Shown here: one piece after another, positions 52,373 through 63,000 of the stretch | Layout of the letters: the number at the start of each line of letters is the position of its first letter | How positions within the stretch are numbered: position 1 is the stretch's first letter | Origin: Trichosphaerium sp. ATCC 40318 | Taxonomy: Eukaryota > Protista > Tubulinea | Assembly (NCBI GenBank): GCA_038496445.1 | Contig: JALMLS010000421.1 | Span: forward strand, 124,001-188,000 | Length of the DNA stretch: 64,000 nt | Direction: 5' to 3' | Notes under the pieces: generated by a model | Databases searched by the model: none | What the model was told of the DNA's origin: nothing | Seen by the model: the letters and a program-made list of their open reading frames with translations, nothing else | Position numbers and translations under genes: made by a program

Positions 52373-53938
52373 TTAACCATCCTACAAATAAACAAAGGGT
52401 TTATGTTTCTTACACTTTCTTTAATTGTATTGTCAACATTATTCCACAACAGTTTTGTTTCTGTCAGAAAACACTTGATAGAAAAATCAAAAAAGAAAAT
52501 CAACTCAGACTTTCTTTCAAACGTACTCCACAAGAAAACTGACTATACTTATACTCAATTAATTTCTTGTTAAAAGGAAAAGATATGAAGCTCTTAAAGG
52601 CGTTCATGACAAACTGTTGCGTATCCATAATCGCATTTTTTTTGAAACAGCATTTTCGAATAATTGGTTTTGCTTGGCCAAGTTATTTATTGTTTAACAT
52701 AAGACTCACATATAGACCAAAGGGCTTCATTTTGTTGTTTGTTTGTAAAGGCCCGCTTACCTTGTTTGCCTACACCAAGCCAAAATTTACCTAAAAGTGC
52801 TCTTATTAGTAAAACCATGACTCATCTTCAGGACATTGAAGCATACCTGTAACTCCTTCAACATCTTTATGTGATGCTAAGTAAATCGCAATAGCTGCTC
52901 CATCTGCTGGAGTTCCACCTCCACCAAATCCGAGATCAGAAAGAAGCTACAAAAGAAATCAGGCATGAAACGACAATGAGCTTCATGTACCTTTGTATTA
53001 CAAACTCCAGGTGACATTGCATTTACAATTACGTTTGAATTAGCTTTTCTTAGTCTGTCATTAAGAACCCAGCTTAGCATTCGATTGGCTTGTTTACTCT
53101 GTTGATAAGCACCAACAGCAGTGTACTTAGTCTTTTCATAGTTAAGATCATCAATATTGAATTCACCAGTGAAGTCTACAGATTACATTATTACGACCGT
53201 ACACAATTATATTCGTGTGAGCTACGACACGCACGTGAAGATACATTAACAATACGTCCATTTTCACTCTTGTTTAAGTGTGGGAGAAGCATGTTTGTCA
53301 ATACGAAATAGCCCATAACATTCGTTCCAAAAACCTTCTCTAATCCATCAGCACTACATCGGAGTGAGCTTTAAAGGTCTCAAAAGTATAGCTCACGTTG
53401 TCTCTCTAGTACTAGAGCCACTTATACCAGCGTTATTTACCAAGACATCCAAGCGATCGTATGTTGAAGTAAATTGTTTTACAAATGTACGGATAGAAGA
53501 CTGAGATGATGTATCAATCGCCATAAGTTTCACGTTCTCAGCTGGTGCTTTTGTGGTGCGTACTTAAAACAAAAAGTAAGCCTCAGAAGATAAGAAATAT
53601 GCCATGCAAATCGTAGAGGCATGACAGTGAAAAGAATCTTCGAATCAAAAAAAAAAGTAGCGCTATCGCAAAAGGCTCAATCTCGCAGGGTTAGTTTAGA
53701 CGCTGTTACACAGCTGAATAGCATAGAAACTTACTTATGTCTTTGACAGCTGCTTTGCCGCGATTCATGTTTCTACATCCTAATACTACAGTACCTCCTT
53801 TTGAAGCAAGGCCTGAACGCGTTAGGAGGAACTTAACCCAATATTAACATTTTGACTATTTTTGTTACCTCTAGCTGTTTCTAAGCCAATGCCTTGGTTT
53901 GCTCCGGTTACAACACATACACGTCCTGCTATGCTCAT
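52373..53938 (-). CDS. Short-chain dehydrogenase/reductase, retinol dehydrogenase/WWOX-like
   Basis: VCVVTGANQGIGLETA (TGxxxGIG), RLDVLVNNAG, FGTNVMGYFVLT, RIVNVSS, VIVNAMSPG. Confidence 0.9.
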
Positions 53939-53973
53939 TACGTTTTACTAAAAATGATGATTGTACTACCTTA

Positions 53974-54073
53974 TGACGTCACATGGTTAAGTTTAGGTGT
54001 ATTTAAGTGAATTCAAGGTTTGTTCCGTGGAACAGATGTTGTTCCGTGAATCCGGAATAGCATTCCAAGGAAC
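53974..54073. promoter_or_regulatory. Putative SDR promoter: CRE palindrome TGACGTCA plus three TTC(N3-4)GAA palindromes
   Basis: TGACGTCA at 53974; TTCCGTGGAA at 54023, TTCCGTGAA at 54042, TTCCAAGGAA at 54063; all within 140 bp upstream of the SDR ATG. Confidence 0.35.
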
Positions 54074-54463
54074 ATCTAGATTAAGACCAACAGGCGTCGC
54101 CATTACTAAACACTACCAAAATTGTATTGGTACGTACATAGGCGTATACAACCGTTAAAAGCGTTGTGAAAAATTATCGTTTCGGCCTCAATCAGTTATT
54201 TTTCGGTATTCAATATTGACCAATAGCATACAATACGATCACAAGAAACACAAAGGATGCACTACAATCGACTCCTCGTGTCAAAGAAGGACTACAAAAA
54301 GTTGGCAATCTGTGTTTTGCAATAGTACAAAGCATACTCCTTGCATGCTATGTAGTTTCAGTCACAATACTAGAGGATATTTACTTGGAGGATGTAGCAA
54401 GACAAGTATTTATAAAGCTGGTGAACTGATTTATGTAATACCAACTAGTATTTCTGTCTAGAT

Positions 54464-55315
54464 TTAGCACAGGCATGTTACTCCCAGCCTAAGATCAATT
54501 AAAAGAACTCCAGCAAGTGCTTTTACACCTTCATCTGTCACTTGAGTACCACGAAGATCAATAGTATGAACTCCAGCCAATGCCTTTATGCCCTCATCAG
54601 TAACTTCACAGCAACCATAAAGATTAATTGTATGAACTCCAGCTAATGCTTTGATACCTTCATCTGTCACGCTAGTATAGCTAAGGTCAATAGAATACAC
54701 TCCGGCTAATGCTTTGATGCCTTTGTCTGTCACTTGAGTATCACGAAGATCAATTGTATGAACTCCAGCCAATGCCTTTATGCCCTCATCGGTAACTTTA
54801 CAACAACCATAAAGAGTAATAGTATGAACTCCAGCTAATGCTTTGATACCTTTATCTGTCACTAGAGTTGACCTAAGATCAATGGTATGAACTCCAGCTA
54901 ATGCTTTAATACCTTTATCTGTCACTCGAGTTGATCTAAGATCAATAGTATGAACGCCTGCCAACGCCTTGAAAAAGCTAGTACTCATATTGTCACAATA
55001 AATCTGAATAGAAAAAGCCCCGTGAAGATATTTTTTAAACTCCTTTCCTGTCATCTTGTAAAAAATATCAACTTTGCACGTTTTTAAATGAAAAGGACAC
55101 TTTCGTTTATGATACTCAATGAGTTGCTTCTTGTTGCTTATTGAAATGACGAATTTTCTGGGTGTATAACCCAAACAATCGGTAATGATACACGAAAATA
55201 CAGAACATACTGCCCTCTTGTAGGGTATGCACGCTCGAGGCATAAAACTAAGGATCAAAACCCATATTTCTCGCGGTATTTGATCAATTATCCCAGCAGT
55301 ACCGTGTGTTTCCAT
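54464..55315 (-). CDS. Intronless F-box/LRR protein with highly homogeneous repeats
   Basis: IDQIPREIWVLILSFM F-box; about 7 repeats of VTDxGIKALAGVHTIDLR. Confidence 0.88.
   Translation of the reverse strand: METHGTAGIIDQIPREIWVLILSFMPRACIPYKRAVCSVFSCIITDCLGYTPRKFVISISNKKQLIEYHKRKCPFHLKTCKVDIFYKMTGKEFKKYLHGAFSIQIYCDNMSTSFFKALAGVHTIDLRSTRVTDKGIKALAGVHTIDLRSTLVTDKGIKALAGVHTITLYGCCKVTDEGIKALAGVHTIDLRDTQVTDKGIKALAGVYSIDLSYTSVTDEGIKALAGVHTINLYGCCEVTDEGIKALAGVHTIDLRGTQVTDEGVKALAGVLLIDLRLGVTCLC
54485..54970 (-). repeat. 72/75-bp tandem coding repeat array (LRR units)
   Basis: Near-identical DNA units, e.g. atgaactccagc(t/c)aatgc(t/c)tt...cc(t/c)t...tc(t/a/g)gt recurring every 72-75 bp. Confidence 0.85.
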
Positions 55316-55635
55316 TAGCTGTTCTATGAGTTAGCAGTAACAACAGTATAGGGCTAAATAAGTTCGCAGTTTAACATGGTCTTCATCAGTACACAGCGAT
55401 AGTTAAAATAGCACGTGATTAAATATAGGCAGTTTACTACCATCACTACTCACAGAGGCATCATTTGAACAGCAGCAAAACTTCTTGCCTAAAAGCTGTA
55501 TTAACACTGGCTTCTTCGTATCTGTAAGTCAAATTACATTTTTTGCAAGTTGGAGTGTTTAGGAAAGTATATCCAATCGTTCAAGCACGAAATTGTTTGA
55601 CCATCCTATCCGTTTTTTGTTCTTTGCCAGTAGCT

Positions 55636-58600
55636 ATGGACGTTACAAAAGATAATTTTAAGGAAGTCTTACCTAAAATAATACAAGCGATAGATGAATG
55701 CGATTTCGTTGCTATTGACTTGGAGTTTACTGGTCTTACTTGTAATCCTACAGATCGCCCTAATCCCTTTGAATCAATACAAAGCATACTAAGACGTCTC
55801 AGAGAAGCAGTTTCAGCATTTGTACTAGGGTATAAACCTCAAAACGTCTTATTCAGTGCCTAGTTCCCTACACAGCTTGGTTTATGTACTTTTAAATGGA
55901 ACGACGCGACAGAGAGGTTCGTAACAGCAAACTATGAAAAATCCGTTATAAAATGCTTGTGTAGCTACACAGCGCGTCCTTTCAACATATACGTGTTTCC
56001 AAGGCAATATAAGAAAGAAGGCGACAGATTTATGTCATGCACCTCCAGCACAGTTGAATTCCTCTCTAGGCATAAATTTGACTTCAACAAGTGCTTTGCC
56101 GAAGGTACGGTACAAGAATACGCTCGTTTCTTGGATATTTTCTGTATTATCGCATGATTCGTCAATAACACATTCATATAGGTGTATCCTACATGAACGA
56201 GACTCAAGCAAAAGATTTACGTCGTATAATGGCTGACAAGTTGAAAAAATCGCATAGAAATCAAAAACCGGCTACTTTCGGTGGTAGCGATGCAGAGTTT
56301 ATAAACGACGCTATGTACGTTATAATTAACCCCTATGCTTGTCACAACATGTCAAACAGTTGATTTTTGAACCACGTGTACTAACTGTGAGATAAAAGAG
56401 AAAAAGTCCAAAAATGGATGGAAACAAGTGATGAAAAAACGTTAGTTCTTGACCCTTGTAATGGATTCAGACGATTGTTACTTCACCAAGAGCTTAAATT
56501 ACAGTAAGCTTATTATATACACTCATTTTTATATACTTTACTGATGTTGTTTGCTCGTAGGTTCAAAGATATTGATACATCTTCACAAAATACAGGAAGA
56601 ATAAGTTCAGTTGTTGTTACAAAGGTTACTGAGGAAGACAGGAAAGCTATAGCAATCAAAAAGGAGGAAGATCGTAGACAAAAATATAATGACCATCTAG
56701 GCGTTTCTTCTGTACGTTTGATAGACACCCTTTAGGTCTTACAAAAAGAGGTTCGGGGTGAAGTTTGTTTATTGGTTTTTTAGGTCATAAACCACTTGAG
56801 ACAAACTAAAAAGCCTGTTATCGGACATAATATGTTATTCGATATGTGTTACATTTACCATCACTTTTGTAATTATATGCCTCGTGATGAAGAACAATTT
56901 CGATCTACTCTTCACACGATGTTTCCTACGTGCGTTTTAAGATTTAGTCTTTTTTTTTTTATGCTATCATTTCTCTTGGTTTTTTTTGTGATTAGTATGA
57001 TGACTACCATAGATTTTTCACTTTTTATAGACGCGCTTATACCCTGTTAATATTTGTATTAGGTTATTTGATACGAAGTATCTAGCTGAGAACAAGTTTA
57101 AGGTTTGTTTAAGCTTTTGCTTTTTTTTTCTCTGAATTGCAAATATATCTGTTTTCTACATACTTACGCATGCCTTAGGATTTGACACTCAGTAGTACAG
57201 TTCTTGAAGAACTCTACAAAGATGTACAAAATAGTCCTTTTAAACAGGAGAGTATTGGTACGTTGTTTGCTCATTTTTCATTTCAAAAAAAAAAGCCAAC
57301 TCAACAATTCACATACCTTGTTGCTTATTGTACTATTAAAAGTGCTTGATCCTGAGTTTAAGAAATACTCTTTGACTGAAGATACTGGAGTATATCATGA
57401 AGCTGGATATGACGCGTTAGTAACTGGATTTGTATTCAGCAGATTTTTTCGCCATTTAAATGGTACTCTACTTTTGGAAAAAACCAAACTCTACATTGTG
57501 ATGCTCCCTTGCTTTTTTAACCTTGATTATAGGTGACCTTAACAACTTACCAAAATCTTCTGATGTTAATACCATAAATCTGATGAATTATGATGTACCT
57601 TTTGTACTTGGTAGGAAGCAACGTACGTCAAGGTTTGACCTTAAAAAGGTTTTTTTAAAAAAACCATTTTTACATGGGTGATTTAATTCTTATTTCACTA
57701 TGATCCCATGAGCGCAACACCCTAAATAATTACTTCACATTTGGTTGTTTTGTAGGATTTTCAAATGTCGTGCAAGCCGTTTTTCTGGCTTAACCAAAAA
57801 AAAAAAGGCTTTTGTTAAGTTGGTTTTTTTATCTAGCTACTGTTGATAGATTCCGGTATTTCTTCCTACCTGATTTGCCCTCTAATACTAAAGCAACAAA
57901 AATACGTACTTTGTTCAAAGGTTATGGTACACGGATACAAATAAGATGGATTAATAAGACGTCTTGTTTCGTTAAAATATCAGAGTACGTTAACAAAATT
58001 CCTCAAAAAAACCTCGCCACACAGTGCATGAATACTTTATTGAAATATTTTATTATTTATTTCTGTTTGTAACTACAAGGAATACTTGTACGAGAATTTT
58101 AAGCAGTTTGCATAAACTAGAATAGTAGAACAACGCAAAGCAAGAAAAAATTACGAAAACACTAATCCAACAATGTAGTTATGAGTTTAAAAGAGAACAT
58201 CGTGATAAAATTTTAACTATGCCTTCTCGTTTCACTATATTACCATTCAGCGATGGTCCAACAGATTTTGGTGAAGATAAGACAAGCAAAAGTATGTTAC
58301 CTTGCACCTCAAAACATTTCTCATTTTTTTCCTCTTTATTTTTTATTCGCCTAGTTTTCGGTTGAAAATTTGTGCTTTTGCCATAACATACCATGCTATG
58401 AAACATTTAATGCCTTCATTAATACTTACTTATTTTTCATATTCGAACGGTAAAATTCAGCACATTTTTCACTGTAACTGCGTGAGCGGCAAATGAAGCA
58501 ACTTTTCTTAACTTTATTTTCATTGTAATCTGAGTGTTTATTGTAGATGACGACAATTTGACGACCCCTCTTGTTATAGTTACAGGCATTAGTATGTTTA

Positions 58601-58695
58601 TACTTGGTGGTATTACATTCTACATTGCAGCAATATTAACTGGATCTCAAAAACCACCCAAAATGCCGTCAATGAACAGTTTTAGAGCGGTGTAA
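55636..58695 (+). CDS. PARN: Poly(A)-specific ribonuclease (CAF1/DEDD family) with R3H, RRM and a C-terminal transmembrane segment
   Basis: MDVTKDNF...FVAIDLEFTGL, RPFNIYVFP, FDFNKCFAEGV, R3H-like CNGFRRLLLHQ, KPVIGHNMLFD, FDTKYLA, YHEAGYDALVTG, RRM IQIRWINKTSCFV; last exon has a hydrophobic helix. Confidence 0.88.
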
Positions 58696-58740
58696 AAAAC
58701 AATGATTTAGTTTGTTTACAGTTGGTGTTTCTCATGTTTC

Positions 58741-61700
58741 TTAGAACCTTTTCGTGAAAATGTCTACATTATCACTCCTTTCTGTAGTTACCTTTGAATG
58801 TGAAATACGTGATCTTGAAAGAGCACGTTTAATCTTTGTTCTTGTGCTTGTTCTTAGGATTTGTGCAGTTTGATTTGAGATTTTCTTTGCTTGGTTTATG
58901 TACATTTCAATGTTTATGACAAACAAACCAGAAGAAATTGTAGTATTCATATTCTTCTTTGATTGTTCAGGTACATGCAAGAGTATAAAAGCGTTTGTTT
59001 TGCTCACTTGCAATGATACTGGTATACCGTTAAGGTTTACATACTTTAAAGGAGAAGAAGGATTGTCAAGTGACCAAATACAAGCAACTCTGTTCTTGTA
59101 CGTCCTATGTTTAGTGAGATACAAAACATAACATGAGTAAACGTACGATATGATGATAGAATCTGCAATGAACTTAATGCTGTTTACCTTAAACTCGAAC
59201 GTACCGAATAGGAGTGCTATGGCTATTGGGGAATGAGTTTCTAAAGTAAGAAATACAATGTACCGGTTGCTTTTGGACTGGGAGGTGTTGTTGAAGTGGT
59301 CGAGTGTTTCTTTGGATCTGGTTGGGTTAAAGTAGTTATCTCAGATCCTGTGTTTGCATCTAAGATAAGAACTACTCCATGTTGCGTGCCTAAAGACAAT
59401 AAGTGTACAAACTTCAAAAAAAAAAAGCTTTACCAATAGCTACATATTCATTTGTCAAACAAAGTGCTGTAAGTGTATCATCTCCAGTTGTTTTCTTATA
59501 TCTCATTGTCCCGTCTATATTATATAATATCAAGCTACTTTGTTGTGTGATAGCAATAGAAGATGATGACATTGCAGTAAATGTGATTGCCTGCATTTGC
59601 TTAACATATTTCTAATAAAAAATAAGAAACAGAAACAACTAAATATAAACCCTCTACCGAAAGTATGAGTCTTCCAGTGTTCAAATCGAATAGCCTATAC
59701 ATTAAAGCATTACAAAGAAACACGTGGGTATCATTTATAAGTGATAATGATGATGAAGGATTATAACTAGACACTAAGGAAAAAAGGTAAGATTTCGTTT
59801 GGTTGTTTTGTAGCGTACATGAATCTTTGAGTAAGTGTTGAGTTCCTACTGTCCTACAGCAGATGTACAAATCACCTTTAACAACAAGAGCAATTTTAGA
59901 TGATCCTATGAGTACTTGAGATAGCATATCTTTATCATCAAGATGAGTGGTGATCACGTTATTGTTCAAGATTGAATACAGTTTGAAACTTGTTTGTGAT
60001 TTGAATATGACATAAGGAAAGGAAAATGATGGTATTCGAAATCAGAAGGAAAGTCTACTTTAAACGTCTTGCATGTTACAACATCATAATGATAGAATGA
60101 ACCTATATTATAGTAAGAGCACAAATAATACGAGCAACGCGATCAGCAAATACAGAAGGGATGAGACTTTTTTAGGATACATGAAAGATATGCATACCAG
60201 TGTTACTATACGTTACAATGATGTTACCAACATCAACTAGAATAGTTCTCTTGTAGGAATAAAACCTTTGACCAAGAATAGAAGGCAAGTTAAACTTGTG
60301 GTACGTATAATCTCGTGTTCTACCAAAAAACATAAGCAAACGTTTGGTGCACAAACAAACCAACATACTCAAGAATCTTGCTCCATTCTTTGCACTCAGA
60401 CTGAGGTTTCTCTAGTGGAAGGTGTGGAAGAATAGGTGAATTAATAAGTTGACTTTTAAGCTTTTTATTTGGAGCTAGTTCCCTACAACAACTCATTAAT
60501 GGAAAACAAAGGTATTAGGTGAATTGTAACGCACAGAGGTAGGAAGTATATGAATCGGTAGTAAAGATAGCTATCTTCAAATCTTTTACCGTTGTATGTC
60601 ACGTGATCTATGATACCCATTTCTTGAATTTCACGTGCCCATGCAATAGCCTAATCATAAAAGTTTCAGAATATTTAAAACTGAAGTACTGCTCGTCTCA
60701 CAAATGATTCAGCTATATGATCAAGTCTGTACGGTATTCATACGTACTTCTACACGTGTTTGAAGTCTCAGATTATTAACAAGCCAAGTAATTAATTCAC
60801 TTGCTACAAAGCAATCCTTGTACTTTTTAAGCCTCCATGTACGATCTTTCACCGTAATTCCTTTTATTCAAATAAGCATATAAATATCTCTTATTCGAAA
60901 CATACCATGATCTACTGTTTGAAGCAGAGTAACTGCATCTTTTAGTTCTTTAATTTTATCTCTTTCCTTCTCTGGCATTGACTTTCCACGAAGTGCTTTT
61001 TGAGATTCTTTAGATATGAATGTATAAAACAACTCCCTTTGTTGATGTTAATAGTTGTAACAAGGATCAAAATAACTAACCTATTTTGAAACAGTTGAGT
61101 ACCAGCGAGATGTACAATGTAGCCCTTGTGCATAAGCACATGGCCGAAATACGTTGCTGTTTCCTCATCCCATCCTATTTTATTTTAATTTGTAATTCTC
61201 AACGACAGTCAACAGTATCTCTTGCGAAATGAAACATTGCATAGTCGTTGTTATTCTTTTGTACCTTTATATTGTTTTAACCAATTGACAAACTCTGTAC
61301 CAAGCCAGCAGTTTTCATAAGTACGGAAACCGTATGTCCTTGTTAAAAACAAGTAAGGTTGTTTTCGTATCAACAATTTAACGCAGCTTCTATACTTACC
61401 TTGTCATGATGGTCAAAGGATTTTTTCCTTTTTGACATGCTTTGATTATTGATTCGAAGTTCCAAGATTGGTACTCATCAAAATTCTCTCTTATATTCGC
61501 AGTGACTTTATTAAATCTGTAGAAAAGAAGAGCATCTAAAAAAACAAAATTAAAAAGGCTAATAGTCACTATCTCAACGATGTCACAGATTTGTGTTATT
61601 TCCTGAATTCCTGCTGTCGGTTTAAACAATTTCCAGAGTGGCGGATAGAGCAGAGGTACCATATGGTGGATAGCGATAGGGAGGAGCGTGAATAAAAAAA

Positions 61701-62265
61701 CTATACCTTTAAATGAATGCGCATTAAGCACGTGATCAAAATGTCCATGTTCCATCATGTAGTTCCCAATTAACTCTGCTTGCTCTCTAGAACATGATGG
61801 CAAGTTTTTAGTTATCCACGTTACCTAGAAATCAATTTAGATATTGTTAAGCACAAGGTAAGAAAAAGAAAAACTGAATAATTCCGCAATACAGCGAACC
61901 GTTTTTTTTTGCCGAAACGGCACAAAAAATCTGATTAAAAATTGGTTCTAAAGATAGATATTTGCGTTTAAAGCAGCGCGTACTGCTTCATTGCCAATAA
62001 AACAGTCTTTGAATTTTTTAAGGTGGTATTTCCTGTCTAGATTCGATTTTTAGGGTCTATACGCGTTTAAACGTTGATGAATTATGTTTAGGACCTTTAA
62101 CAATGACGCCATGTTCTTTAGAAACCATTTTATCTCCTAATGCTCCTACATCAATACCGAGGAACTGACCGCGTATAGAAGCGCTTTAAAAGCCCGATAA
62201 CAAGTTAATAACCATCACCCAAAGAGTAAATCGTACAAATTAGGCTTTCCTCGTAGTTCACACAT
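58741..62265 (-). CDS. Protein with three tandem DEP domains and a C-terminal beta-propeller-like region
   Basis: DRKYHLKKFKDCFIGNEA...SREQAELIGNYMMEHGHFDHV...FYRF; TRTYGFRTYENCWLGTEFVNWL...FGHVLMHKGYIVHL; DRTWRLKKYKDCFVASELITWL...IIDHV...YYRF; then beta-rich blades (AITFTAM, LTALCLTNEYVAIG). Confidence 0.75.
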
Positions 62266-63000
62266 TTTCTTGATATTGTGATGCTTCCCAATCGATAATG
62301 TACACCAAAACGTATGTCAAGGTTTCTCAGTGATTGTTTTAATAAGCTGCTTGTGCTTGATCGGCTAAATTCTATAATAAGACTACAATTCTTGATTAGG
62401 CAGTTCAATACAAGTCAAGGTTATTTTGGTTACCCTTTCTAGTGAATTGTGAACTGTATGCTACCAACAGCAGTTTGTAGAAAATACAAGTTATATAACG
62501 TGGAGTTTGCATAAAGCGCAAAATTGCGAATGTGCTAAAGATACACTACTAAAAATAGAACAGCAAGACTGATTTGTTTTTGAAATGTTCTAAAAAGAAA
62601 ATGCTTTCAACTATACAGGATATCTAAAACCACGAAAACCAAAAGGATATGACCCTTCTGTATATTGGGATAGTGCTAGAGCTATATTCAGTCTGGTTGA
62701 GTATAAGTACCCTGGAGTATGCAAGCTATCTTGTGTGACCACTTTGTGATTTTTTCAATCAAAAAAGTCACGTGTGGGAAAGAATCGAAGGTATGTTAGA
62801 CGTGTGATAAGCATTATCTCGTTTATAAACTTGTGACCCAGCCATTAATCCTGACTGGTTTATTATTGAGGAGTATTGGCTGTGTACGTTCTATTAACAT
62901 GATTTATTTACATTGTATATTTACATTATACAGGGTAGAAACGTTTCATCAAAACATCTCTATTGGCTATGCTTACATGCAAAGCTACTTCTTTGAACTT

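Noticed and set aside
54022-54073. Heat-shock element
   Set aside because: Spacing is TTC-N3/N4-GAA rather than the TTC-N2-GAA of inverted nGAAn arrays.
31017-55315. Endogenous giant virus or transposon insertion
   Set aside because: No capsid, PolB, packaging ATPase, integrase, transposase or RT recognised. The intronless genes are interleaved with intron-rich host genes, and no TSDs or poly(A) tails were seen.
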